A stretch of DNA of 64,000 nucleotides from Naegleria gruberi (lineage: Eukaryota). The first letter of the stretch is position 1. Every line of letters begins with the position of its first letter. The stretch lies in the NCBI GenBank assembly GCA_000004985.1, contig GG738888.1. One strand, given 5' to 3'. The notes beneath the pieces are model-generated. The model did no database searches. It was not told where the DNA came from and was given only the letters and a program-made list of their open reading frames with translations. The translations under genes were made by a program, and so were the position numbers. Below are positions 32,207 through 43,900 of the stretch, in pieces.

Positions 32207-34549
32207 ATGAAGTTGGTACAACGGGAGACTTATTGGTTTGCAGTGATGCAATTGATTCTACTAACATTTCTGTTAAAAATTGTTATTGCAGATTCGAATA
32301 TTATTACTACAGTTTCGGATATTAACCAATTTAAAAAGTTACCATCCTCTATTACTATTGTGAACATTCCCTCTTATTATCATGTATTCATAAACATGAT
32401 GGCATCTCTTGCCTCTGTTAATGGAACGAACCCTAGGCCGAAAGATATTATCAATAGATGGCAAGAATCAGGTTCATATTGTGTTTTAACACGCGATTTC
32501 AATAATTTAGAGCCGAGCAAATCGTCCTTCAACTTACCTGATTCCCTATCGAACAGTACAACATTTAAGCAAGTTGGGGTAGACAATATTCCTGTGGAAA
32601 TTGCACATTACTCTTACTCAATTCTTGAAAATGCTCCTTCTCTTGTGATAACACCTCCAGAAGTTTTGAGTAGATGGTTGTTGATTTTGAAAAATTCAGT
32701 GTTTGAAAAGCAAGTAAGGTTGTCCTTATGGAATAGTACATTTAGTGATTCATTTACAATATTCCCCTTGTATGAAAGTCCGTCTTCCATTAGCTATGTG
32801 CAATTGGATGAGGTAGTAAATGCAAAGGATATAATAGTGAGCGAACTAGAAGAATTAATATCAAACGATTTGGAAAAATTCAAGAAATATTATGAAATTA
32901 ATATTGAGGAAGGAAAGGGATTGGGATATTCACCTATTCTTCAATATCAAACTTGTAATTCTTCATTTTCTAATTCTACACAAGTATTGGAGTATCACTT
33001 AGCTCTATTTAGGATTGATTTTTATTTGAATTTGATTTTAAGGAATAAGGATGTGATTAGTGTTGGAGCATTTACACAAGATGGGAAATACAAAACACAA
33101 ATCAAATTCATGGATGAAAGTGTCAGAAGCATTGATTATGCCTACTTAATTCAAGCCATTAGAAACATGCTTATTATTGGAAAGTTTGACTTGTATCTAT
33201 CCTTTTCTAATAATACAGCAACATTCTCTTTGGAGTACTACCAAAATTTAGAAAAGAAGGATTTGAAATCTATTTATCTGTTAATGGTCCACCCTGTTTG
33301 CTTTAGTTTTTACTTTGACTATGCAGATATTTACTATTTTAAAGATGGGCTATTCTTTCCAATTATTGTAAATGATGTTATTTACTTTGGCATTGCACTT
33401 TTTGGAATAATTCTATATCTTGCCAATATTGTGAGTTATCTGTTCAACTTTTTGCTGTTCATTAAGAAGAGAATTCTCTTGCCAATTATTGGACCTCCTT
33501 CTCTGATTGTTTTGAGCTTGTTTTTCACAATCTTAATCAGATCTAAACTTGCATCCGCTGGTTATTGGATTCAAATGATTATTGTTTTCTTCCCAGCTCC
33601 AGTATTAATTGGTAGTTATTTGGTGTGCCTGTATAGATTTGCCTACTTGAAGAATATTGATCTGTGCCACAAATATTGTTGTGAATCACTTAGGTTACAC
33701 AGATGTTTGACTTCTTCTCCACTTGCTGTTTTGTTTTCATTGATTTCAACTGTAGTTTGTTTCATAATTTGTCTCGTGCCAATAATTGCTGCAAGCGTTG
33801 CTCTAGCCTACTCATTCCTCAACCTCCCCCAGGAGATATTCATTACCATGTTTGCTATTGAAGTGATTTTCATATTGGTATGTGCTGGAATATTCTTCGT
33901 TGCTGATTTGGTTAGTAGTGGATTCAAAACCATTCGTAAGAAGGGAATTTCGTACTACCTCTTCTTTGACGATCCCATGGGATATAGAATTGATTTAATA
34001 TTGATGGTTGTTATGTTGATTTCAGTAATTCCAATAATTGCTGGCTCAGTTCAAGATACGACTTCATTCTTTGTGGTGAGAAAGATTGTCTCAATTATAT
34101 ATTTTGCCTTGTTTTATTTTGTTATTGGAGGAACTGTGACATTATCTTATTGGATTAATAGATTGAGAAATTTCAATGTGAAATCAGATTCAACCCAATT
34201 GGAAATTTACTTACGAGATGATGAATTCAGAAAGATCTTTAGAACGTATTGTGCTAATGAATATTCCACAGAAAATTTTATAATTTATGAAGATTTGGAA
34301 AACTTGGATGTGAAAGGAAAATGTACCGAGGAAGAAGTGAAAGAATTTCATCTCAAATACATGACCTCAACTTCTCAATTCGAAGTGAACTTTCCCTCCT
34401 TTGTGAAAAAACGATTTGAGGAAATTTTAGAACAATTAGAATCTCAAACCATCTCCAAACCAACGTCTCCATCAACAGCAAGTGTCAGCACCAACAATTT
34501 ATTGGAATCAGAATCAGTTTTTCTCACTACCAGTGCCATGGTACACTAA
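32207..34549 (+). CDS. 7-8 TM membrane protein with a large N-terminal ectodomain and a C-terminal RGS domain (receptor-RGS fusion)
   Basis: ATG at 32207 (the track ORF starts 3 nt earlier at TTG). Signal peptide is MKLVQRETYWFAVMQLILLTFLLKIVIADS. The ectodomain is about 380 aa with many N-x-S/T sites. Seven or eight hydrophobic helices occupy residues about 390-650. The C-terminus is an RGS fold (EFRKIFRTYCANEYSTENFIIYEDLENLD...KEFHLKYM). Confidence 0.65.
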   Translation: MKLVQRETYWFAVMQLILLTFLLKIVIADSNIITTVSDINQFKKLPSSITIVNIPSYYHVFINMMASLASVNGTNPRPKDIINRWQESGSYCVLTRDFNNLEPSKSSFNLPDSLSNSTTFKQVGVDNIPVEIAHYSYSILENAPSLVITPPEVLSRWLLILKNSVFEKQVRLSLWNSTFSDSFTIFPLYESPSSISYVQLDEVVNAKDIIVSELEELISNDLEKFKKYYEINIEEGKGLGYSPILQYQTCNSSFSNSTQVLEYHLALFRIDFYLNLILRNKDVISVGAFTQDGKYKTQIKFMDESVRSIDYAYLIQAIRNMLIIGKFDLYLSFSNNTATFSLEYYQNLEKKDLKSIYLLMVHPVCFSFYFDYADIYYFKDGLFFPIIVNDVIYFGIALFGIILYLANIVSYLFNFLLFIKKRILLPIIGPPSLIVLSLFFTILIRSKLASAGYWIQMIIVFFPAPVLIGSYLVCLYRFAYLKNIDLCHKYCCESLRLHRCLTSSPLAVLFSLISTVVCFIICLVPIIAASVALAYSFLNLPQEIFITMFAIEVIFILVCAGIFFVADLVSSGFKTIRKKGISYYLFFDDPMGYRIDLILMVVMLISVIPIIAGSVQDTTSFFVVRKIVSIIYFALFYFVIGGTVTLSYWINRLRNFNVKSDSTQLEIYLRDDEFRKIFRTYCANEYSTENFIIYEDLENLDVKGKCTEEEVKEFHLKYMTSTSQFEVNFPSFVKKRFEEILEQLESQTISKPTSPSTASVSTNNLLESESVFLTTSAMVH

Positions 34550-35010
34550 CTCGCCAACAGAGCTTTATCAAAAAAACGATATCTTCAAAGGAGATTACGA
34601 CTCTCCTTCTTCCAGAAGTACTAAGAAACCTCATCGACACCTTCTCTCGAATGGAGCACACTCACGAATTTAAACAGTGGAAAGCATTACAGAATTTTAA
34701 AGCAAAGCAAATGGGACTGATTGGAAAGGTTATGCAATAGTTTTAGGTACATGGAGAGCTCAATAACAAATGAATAATTGCATTATAACATTATAACTGA
34801 AAGATTCATAACCGCGCTTTACAGGACATGCTAAATTCCACAAACAGACCTAATCTCGTGTCTAAAATTCCAAAAACGTTGCCATAATCAACAACAGATT
34901 TCTTTTCCAAATTTTAATTTTAAAAATGTCATCTTTTTAAAGATTAGATCTAACCATTTTAGAAAAAGAAGATTTGAGAGATTCACAACAAAAGCAAATC
35001 ATAATAAAAT

Positions 35011-35406
35011 ATGCAAGCTCAGATAACTAAACCAGAGGAAACCGTTAGAAACACATCAAAACTAAGTAAATATTGCACTTTTGACAAGGTAGAATTTGCT
35101 GGCATGAATATGTTTGGTGTAATAAAGAACAGAAAGAGAAGCACACTTGCTTATGAACAAGTCTTCTTGTTGGATACTAATGCTCACTCTGTAGCAAGCG
35201 ATCCACAATATGTCAAAAGAAAAGAAACTAAACCTTTCAAAACAAAAGCTAAAGTAGTAAATTATTCACCCTCTATCAATTACTCTGTAACTCACTCAAA
35301 TGAATTGAAACAAACTAAAATCCAAGAGATTAATGTTGTACCAGTTTCTAACCAGCAGCCAAAAAAGGAGAGAAGAATGTTGTCTTTTCAAGAATTACTA
35401 AACTAA
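35011..35406 (+). CDS. Small basic hypothetical protein, 131 aa
   Basis: ATG ORF in aaaatATG context. It is K/R-rich, has no recognisable motif and could be spurious. Confidence 0.25.
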   Translation: MQAQITKPEETVRNTSKLSKYCTFDKVEFAGMNMFGVIKNRKRSTLAYEQVFLLDTNAHSVASDPQYVKRKETKPFKTKAKVVNYSPSINYSVTHSNELKQTKIQEINVVPVSNQQPKKERRMLSFQELLN

Positions 35407-35423
35407 ATTGCTTTATGAACTGT

Positions 35424-37523
35424 TTATTTTCTCAACCGTTTCATGAATGCTGCCTTGATCTTTGATAACTTTTTAGAGGTTGATGAATGTGCATGTGAAG
35501 GGCTCGATTCATCTCCATAAAGACTTTTCGTCGACATTCGGTTACTTGGAGAAACTGAATCATCGATTGAAATATTTAGAGAATCAGTGTTTGGTGGAGG
35601 ATTACTGAAGAGATTGTGAGTGGAACGTTGGCTCTTTCTCCAAGAGAAGGATCCTGACTTGGTAATTTGTTTTGGTTTGGTCTTCTTTCTTTCAATTGTT
35701 TTGATATTCTTCAAACCATTTTGTAAGGTATTTGAGAAGGTTTGCATTATTTGTTGCATGTGTTGTTGAGGAAGCTGATATTCCTTCAGGATTGCCTTGC
35801 AGGAATCTTCTGGAATATTTCCAAGTTTATCCTTAGCGTAGTAGAGAGTCCCTAATGCTGTGCTGGTGTGGCCTGAGAGTGATTCAACAAAATCAATTGT
35901 TGATTCCAGGCATGAAATATATCTTTGATGTGTAATAAATGTCTCAATTTCAACATTTGAAATGACTGATCTCGAACTAAACATTGAAGAAACAGAGTTT
36001 CTATCAACAGGTCGATCCGACATGGTATCCAATTGAATCAAGTGTCTCGAAATCCATGAGGCAGCTTGTTTGGCACATCCTTCGATTGCTAAGTGTATTA
36101 AATTTCTCTGTTGTTGATCAGTTTCTGTGACAAGGAGGTTGACAAACCTGTCTGTTCCTGTTGTGGCGCAATAATCCTTTAGGAATTGAGATAAAGTGGA
36201 GAAGGCCTTCATATCATTTAGAACAACACATTCCATAATGATATTTCTTCCGAATGAGTTCTTTTGGAGGAAACTCTTCTCGAATGTATCCACACCAAAA
36301 ATTAAAGTTCCTTTGAAAAGGAAGGTTGCAAAAAACATCTTTTCTTCTTCCACAATCTCATTGTTTGCATTAACATTTTGTTGACTCGAATAATTGCTAT
36401 TTCCCAAACTTCCTACAGAAAATGATCCTCCAGAGCTGACGCTACCATTCAGGTAGCTTTCGTTATCTGAAACTAAGGATCCTAACATGAACTTGTCAGT
36501 TGAGTCAGCAAACTCTAAATCAGAAATTGTGTCAGTTCTCTTCTTTCTTCTTCTTCCACCTCTACTGTCGCTGAGTAAGGAGAAAAGTGGATTTTCTTCC
36601 CTTTGGTTTTTCCTTAACAATAAATTAGGTTTAATTTTTGCCAAGTATTCAACCATTTGAATGTCCTTTTCTCTGACAGCATAGTGAAGTAATGTCTCAC
36701 TATTTCCAACAAGAACGTCCACTTTAGCTCCAAATAATTGAAGAAGGTCGCAAAGGTCGTAATCTTTTCTTTTAAGAGCAATATAGAGAGGGAGGTATCC
36801 ATACTTGTCATGTTGAGTGTTCAATTGATCTTGAACACATTTAAAACTACACAAATAAACACAAGCATCTTGTGCTCCGGATTGACAAGCATAGAAAATT
36901 GGGGTAGCGTCATGATTATCGGTTGCTAAAAGTAATTGATTTACAAGTGGGGATCTAGGGGAGGATGATTCAGTAAAATTGGATTCTTCGAATGGTGATT
37001 GTTGTGCATCAATGTGGTGAGCAACTTCTCCAGTTAACAGCCATTGCAAAATATCAACTTGATTCGATTTTGCAGCAATATGGACCAAGTTACAATCTTG
37101 ATGTTCTGGGAATGTAGTATAGAGCAACATGTACCTGACATCTGCTGTCAAATCAGTTGCTGTCTGATTGAGAACACTATTCGCCAGCAATGAAGATGAT
37201 GAAGATAGCGAACCACAAGTACTCTTTCTATTCGATTGATATTCTTTAGCCATATTCTGTAAACTTTCTTGAATGAATTTCAAATCTCCTCTCAGACATG
37301 CATCATAGAGCATGGCCTTGACAAAATCCTCTTCAGTTGTCATGCCATTAGCTCCAGCAATTGTAGGAGGCGATGAAGAATTAGGTTCAGATAAGTAATT
37401 ATTCGGCGAAGACAATGTTCTATGATGAATAGTACCACTACTATCTTGTCTTTCTAAACTAATTTCAGGGACTGGAATGATACCAACAAATGAGTTGGCA
37501 TCGAAAGTTTCAAATTCAGTCAT
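35424..37523 (-). CDS. Ankyrin-repeat protein, 699 aa
   Basis: ATG at 37523. Ankyrin repeats include NLVHIAAKSNQVDILQWLL, TPIFYACQSGAQDACVYL, YLPLYIALKRKDYDLCDLLQLFGAKVD, TLLHYAVREKDIQMVEYL and NLIHLAIEGCAKQAASWI. Confidence 0.7.
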   Translation of the reverse strand: MTEFETFDANSFVGIIPVPEISLERQDSSGTIHHRTLSSPNNYLSEPNSSSPPTIAGANGMTTEEDFVKAMLYDACLRGDLKFIQESLQNMAKEYQSNRKSTCGSLSSSSSLLANSVLNQTATDLTADVRYMLLYTTFPEHQDCNLVHIAAKSNQVDILQWLLTGEVAHHIDAQQSPFEESNFTESSSPRSPLVNQLLLATDNHDATPIFYACQSGAQDACVYLCSFKCVQDQLNTQHDKYGYLPLYIALKRKDYDLCDLLQLFGAKVDVLVGNSETLLHYAVREKDIQMVEYLAKIKPNLLLRKNQREENPLFSLLSDSRGGRRRKKRTDTISDLEFADSTDKFMLGSLVSDNESYLNGSVSSGGSFSVGSLGNSNYSSQQNVNANNEIVEEEKMFFATFLFKGTLIFGVDTFEKSFLQKNSFGRNIIMECVVLNDMKAFSTLSQFLKDYCATTGTDRFVNLLVTETDQQQRNLIHLAIEGCAKQAASWISRHLIQLDTMSDRPVDRNSVSSMFSSRSVISNVEIETFITHQRYISCLESTIDFVESLSGHTSTALGTLYYAKDKLGNIPEDSCKAILKEYQLPQQHMQQIMQTFSNTLQNGLKNIKTIERKKTKPKQITKSGSFSWRKSQRSTHNLFSNPPPNTDSLNISIDDSVSPSNRMSTKSLYGDESSPSHAHSSTSKKLSKIKAAFMKRLRK

Positions 37524-38855
37524 TTTCTGTTTGTTATTTGTTTTGATTATGAATTTAAATTATATATATATTAATATAATAGATGATGATGAAGAAGACA
37601 GTTATCTACAGGATTAATCTAGAAAGTCCCGACGGGTCAGTGAATGAGACTAAATGGTTAATGAATTTACAAGAGTCAGAGTCGATAATGTCTTTGACAC
37701 AACTTTAGGTTCCTAGGGAAAGTTAGAGTCTATTTTTCTATATATATTGCCAATGATGAAATAAATACTACAAAGTTGAGAGAGTCAGCTTCAGCTTTGG
37801 TTTAAGTCTTTTTAGAGTTTGTTTTTCAGTTACTTTTTTCGAGTTGTTGGAAATTTTTTCAAAAGTGGAAATCCTCAAAAATGGAGTAAAAAAAAGTAGC
37901 GACAAGGACAATGTGATTTAAAGCTTCCTGAACGGGTTGATGATTAATGCTCTGCAGCTTCTTGATTAGCGGATGATATTATGATAACCTATAGAGCGCG
38001 TATATTTGGATGTTGTTGTTAGATTGTTTTTTTTCTAATATTCAAAGATTGTATGTTGTGACCAATTCGATGAAAACATGTTTAAAATTTGCAATAATTG
38101 ATGACTATTTGGTAAATTAATTTCGGAGACTCGAATCATTGATGTGATGAAAGATGATCAGTTTGAACCAACAGATCGAAAACATTGCCTACTTTGCTGA
38201 AACGATCGAGTTGCTTGATTCAGGTCGCTCATCAAGCTGTGCACAAATTTATTCCAATCAACATCTTTTGCAGGTTTATTAAAACGCTTTTGGGATGAAG
38301 GTTGAGAGCACAATGCTATGTAAGAGCAATGGAATTTTGTTTATTGTTGGTATATTCGGTTGACTTGTTAATATTCGGTTGGTTTCACTTCAATACATTA
38401 CAAGTGGTCAACTGGTAGTAGTGGGCGTTGTCCATCTATTTGGTTGGAAGGTGGTGTTCATTTAGAGTTTAGATTCTTAAGAGGATTTGAGGTTACCTTA
38501 TAAAACAGATCCAAGATAATATTTGTTTAAAAGGAAGATTGGCGTTTCCTATTTCTCTCTCAACCCAATTTCACATTCTTTAAGAAAGTTAGACCTTTAA
38601 TTGCTGTCAACTACAATTAGAGCTCTAACTTGTTGAACTATCAATTGAGCTTTGTCAAAACCCTTATTATTATCTGAACATTATTATAATAACCACAGAT
38701 TTCTCCTCATTCCTTAGTAAAATAGGTTGGGACCACAACACTCATGGTGTGATGATTATTGTCCGTACTCCCTAGTAATACCTCCACACTCTCTACTAGA
38801 TGTTGAAAACAACAAATATACTCACAGAAGAAGTGAACGAGAAAAACACAAAAAA

Positions 38856-40897
38856 ATGGATAATAACCCTACACTGCAGAATAGTGATGAGGAATTCTCA
38901 AGGAAGAACACAACCCCATGGAGTTGATGAAGAAAATAATGAAATATTGCCTTCTTCTCATCAAGAGAGGGAAGAAGAGCAGGAGAATGAGAAGGTTGTT
39001 ACACCACTGCCCAAGCTACCAATGATTATGATTTCTATGATTATTATATCGGAAGCTGTTGGGTATGCATTGTTGTATCCTGTGGTTCCATTCATGGTGA
39101 GGGACTTTCTTGTGTATGAACATCAGAATGTGGTGGCACAGAATCAGTCAATTAGTTCTTCAATGGTTGGGTTTTTACCTAATTTTGGATTGAATAGATT
39201 GTATCCGATTGCAACATTTGGAAATGATTTTAGAAATGATTTTGTGGAGAGATTTTCAGTGTTGAATAATGGAAATTTTACATTTAATTCTACATTTAAT
39301 TCAACATTAAATGGAACAGAGCCAATTTTTGAGATACCTGAAGAAACTGTTGGATTAATGATTGGAGCACTTTCGTCTGCATTTTCAGCTGCACAACTCC
39401 TTTCTAATTGGTTCATAGCTAGAGCTAGTGATCATGTTGGGAGAAAACCACTCCTATTGCTGGGTTTAGTGTTTAATATTATATTCATGAGTATATTTTC
39501 AGTTTCTAGGAGTTTTTGGTTTGCATTGGCGATTAGAATTTCACATGGTTTATTGAATGCCAATATTCCAATTTACAAATCCTTCTTGATGGATATTAGT
39601 GATTCTACTAATCAGGAAAAGGCATTTGTTATTATTTCAATTTTGGTAAGTTGATACTGATATAATATTTAATTTCTAAATGCTTAATTCTTCAAACATG
39701 TAATTACTTTATTGAATATTCAAACAGTGGAGTTGTAGTAATATTGTAACTCCAGGTATAGGAGGTTTTTTGGTAAATTTTGCAGAGAAATTTCCAGTTC
39801 TTTTCGGTGGAGAGCAATCATCTCTTTACAAATTCTTTAGTGAAAATCCTTTCATTCTTCCATTCTCAATTCCTGTATTGATGAATGTTGTTACACTTGT
39901 ACTTTCAGTTTTCCTTTTGAAAGAGTCCCTTGCCAAACGATTTGATTTTGTAAATTGGTTCAAAACCAAGTTGGGAAAAAAGAAGGAAAACATGGTGGTT
40001 GAATTGGTGGAAACTGCTGATAATCACACGATTGTGGACGATTCAAAGGATAATCTGATTAAATTATCAGAACATGAAACACAAGAAACTGGTGGTGGTA
40101 GCAAACCTAGCTCACAAAATAGTATGCTCATGCTTTTGAAAGATTCTACAGTTGTGAAAGTTGTTTCCCTCTATCTCTTCTTGGGTATTTTTACTAATTT
40201 GGCGGATGAGCTTGTTCCAAGTAAGTATTTTCAATTAATCACTGGATCTTATGCTAACCTATTTCAAGTTTTCTTCAGTAATTCAGTTAAAAAGAGAGGT
40301 TTAGGATTGGATTCACTCATAATTGGATTAATTCTTTCAGTTGGTGGTGTCACTTCACTAGTCATGCTAATTATCTATCCATTGCTTTCTAAAAAGTTTG
40401 GCTTTTTGTGGCTCTATAGAATCGGGTTAGTGATCTATGGTATCTCCATGTTGATCCTTCCGTTCTCCACTGAAATGATTCGATTTGATTTCATTTTCTG
40501 GGTGGTTTTGGTATTTGTAACATTCTTTATATTTATCAAGAGCTGCTCTCACTCAATGGTTTATACTTCTCAATTCCTGATGATTAATAATGCCTCTCCA
40601 TCACCAGAACATATTGGATCTATGAACGGATTGGGACATATTTGTGCATCGATTGGATGGGCTATTGGACCTTTCTTGTGTGGAGTATTAGTGGATGTTG
40701 GATTGAAATTTTCAAGAGATATCGAGACAGCAGATCCAGATTCATTCTTTGCTAAAGTTCCATTTGTTGACAAGTTGAGCTTTATTGTTTGTTCATTGAT
40801 TTGCTTTTTCAATTTAGGACTTTCGTTTACAGTACCCAAGTCGAGTGTCACAACAAGAAGATATGAAAATCCATCTAAAAAGATTGAGCAAGCTTAA
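38856..40897 (+). CDS. Major facilitator superfamily transporter; at least 2 exons (... ..39654, ~39738..40897); start codon ambiguous between 38856 and 38887
   Basis: MFS features include TM1 MIMISMIIISEAVGYALLYPVVPF. A long N-glycosylated loop follows (NGNFTFNSTFNSTLNGT). GALSSAFSAAQLLSNWFIARASDHVGRKPLLL is also present. The motif ...ISIL|WSCSNIVTPGIGGFL is split by an intron of about 83 nt (GTAAGT...AAACAG). A possible additional in-frame 48-nt intron lies near 40223..40270 (GTAAGT...TTTCAAG). An aaaaaaATG at 38856 is in a different frame from the ATG at 38887. Confidence 0.65.
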
Positions 40898-40955
40898 GGA
40901 ATGACAATATATTTAAACAGTATAGTTATCAAAAGGAACTAAATTTAATAGTAAT

Positions 40956-43900
40956 TTATTCGAAACGTTCCAACATTAATTCCAACTTGGTCAAAATTTC
41001 ATCAATGGTTGGTCTTTCTTTTGGATCTTTTCTCCATGCCCGTTTAATTAATTCTGTAATTTCATAAATTATTTCATAACAGTTAACATGTGAATTATTC
41101 GTTTCAGACAGGAATTCCCCACACCACTCTCTACATTCACCAATATCTGAGAATGGAATTATTGGTCTCAGATCTCCCTCACAGATACTCTTATGGAAAT
41201 GGTAAGTACTATTAAATGTATTTGCTTTTGATAACTTTAACTTTTTTAGAACTTTTGAATCGGTACTTTGATAAGGTTCCATAATTTCGAATAAAAGTTG
41301 CCACATAATTATGGACAAACTATAGATATCTATTGATCTAGCATCATCTCTTCCAATTTCACCTGAAAATAGCTCAGGACTCATGTAATTAAAAGTTCCA
41401 ATTTGTGAAGTAACTGCTGACATGGTATGAGAAGAGAATGCTCTTCCTAAACCAAAATCAGCCAATTTGGCAGTTCCATTTTTATCCAACAGAATATTTG
41501 CAGGTTTCAAATCTCTAAATAAAATTAAATTATGTTAATCCTCTTCTTAGAAAACTTACCTGTGAACAATATAATTTGGTTCCAAATGATGAAGATAATT
41601 AATACCACTTGCGACATTGACCAAAATCTCAAGTTTTTGTTTCAACGAACACTTTAAATAACCTCTTTGCAAAGAAGCAATTAAATTTTCCAAACTCTTA
41701 TCCATACATTCCATACATATAAATCTCTTTGTTGGGGTGGATGAAACTCCGTAAAATGAAATAATATTGGGATTTCTTAAATTGCTTAATAGAATTGCCT
41801 CATTCTTGAAATCATTTTCTGAAATATCCATATTATTCAAATCGAATACTTTGACAGCAACTAACATGCCATGGTATCTGGTTTGGAAAACACATCCAAT
41901 TCCTCCTTCTCCCAGTCTCTGAATAGGTTGATAATATTCAGCAATATTTGAAAACTTACTCTTATTGGTTTATCCATATTTAATTGCTCAATTGGAATTA
42001 TAAACTTATTCTCCTCATCAGAGCTATGATGTGAATCAATATTTGTAGAATCGTACAATTCAGTTTGTGTCAGTAATCTTTCGTCCAATTTGAGATCAGT
42101 ATTAATAATCCTTTTGTATTTTTTGAAAATGAAAATCAAGATGATTGAAATAATTGAGATAATTACTGTAAAGAATCCAACCAATCCAAGTACTACTCCT
42201 AACACTATAATATTACTTTCACAATTCTCTCCATTGAATCCTTCTTTACATTGACAAGTATTGTATTTAACACATTTTCCATTTTCACTACATGCCTTTG
42301 ATCCAGATTCTCCAAAACAAATTGGAATTTCACAATTAGATCCCTTGTATCCATTCTTACATTCACAAACATTTGGTGAAATACATGAACCATTCGAAGA
42401 ACAAACACTTGATTGATCACTTGAGATGCCAAAACATATTGGTACTTTACATTCCATTCCACTATATGCTGAGCTACATTCACACTTGTTAAAATTAATA
42501 CATGTTCCATTTCCATAATTGCAAGAGTGACTCTCATTGGCAGCTTTTCCAAAACACACTGGAATGCACTCGACCATATTCGTACTGAGAATGAAACCTT
42601 CCTGACAATAGGGCTTCATCTTTTGTATAATGTTAAGTTTGGAATCTGCAACATAAATTTCTCCCTTTCCATCATTCGAGAATGAAATTCCTTCTGGAAT
42701 TCCCAATGAAACATCATTTGCTGGTGATTCCTTTAATGAATAAGAAGATCCTTTTCCACCTCCAGCTATTGTTGAAATTATTCCATTTCGAATTCGTCTA
42801 ATACGATAGTTTTTAGAATCTGAAAAGACAATGTCTTCGTATGGAGAAATAATTTTCAAATAAGTGGGTGAATTAATTTGTGCCTTAATTGCCAAATCCT
42901 CATCTCCAGAAAAGCCTGCAATTCCATTTCCCGCCAAGGTTGATATAGTGCCATTTTTGTGAATAACTCTGATTCTGTGATTATTTGTATCTGAAAATAT
43001 GAGATTTCCTGTCGATTCTGAATAAACAATGCCTGAAGGATATGCTAAGGATGCTTGTGTAGCATAAATATTATCCAAGTTAAACCCATAGCCTCCATTT
43101 CCAGCTATTGTCGAAATAATTCCATTTCTAATTAATCTTATTAAATTGTTTTTCACATCTGTCAAGTAAATATCATTATTTGGAGCAACAGAGATACCAA
43201 GACAGTTTCCAATAGCATTTTCTGAAGGACCAAAGTCGCCAATTCCTCCTGCTAATGAATGAATGACATTGTTACCTGGATAATAAACTCTTAATCTATC
43301 ATTTCTATTGTCAGAAATTAGTACACGTTCTATTCCTCCTTCATCAACATACGAATGTACAAACACTGGCCCATTTAGTTTTGCCACAAGCGCATTTCCT
43401 CCATCTCCCTCTAAACCTGGAAACCCTGTTTGGCCTACCACAGTTCTAATAGTGAAATCACTTATTGAAATTGCTCTAATTTTGTTATTGAAAGTATCTA
43501 AAGTTCGATAATTATTAGAACACAAAGTCAAAGACAAAACCTACCTGCAATATAGATGGCTGTAACTCCAAAACTAATACTGTGAGGATAGAATAACTCA
43601 CTGTTAATTGCTGGTCCCTCATCACCTCCACTTCCATCAACACTTGATCCTGCAATAGTTTTCACAATGAAATTGGGAATTAATAATCTTATTCTATGGT
43701 TGAACGTATCTGCAACTAATATTCCCATTGTAACCGTAAAAACCACGTCCATTGGTGAGTTGAGTTGGGTTTCCAGTAGTAATTTACCATCACCATTAAA
43801 ACCTGGTATGCCTGTACCAGCAAAAGTTTTAACAGATTTGGTAGTTATTGAAATGGACCTTATCATGTGATTTCCTGAATCGGCAACATAGACATGTCCA

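Noticed and set aside
37524-38855. 1.3-kb ORF-free gap between divergent genes (ankyrin and MFS). I examined it for ncRNA and repeats.
   Set aside because: I found only a short duplicated 11-mer (atattcggttg, twice about 22 nt apart) and a (TA)n tract. There is no convincing snRNA or tRNA box structure. This is most likely a shared bidirectional promoter and 5' UTR region.
42205-42552. Alternative-frame ORF of 115 aa inside the EGF-like region of the NHL receptor kinase gene
   Set aside because: It is on the same strand in a different frame, is His/Val-rich and has no motif. The main frame encodes conserved Cys-rich EGF modules.
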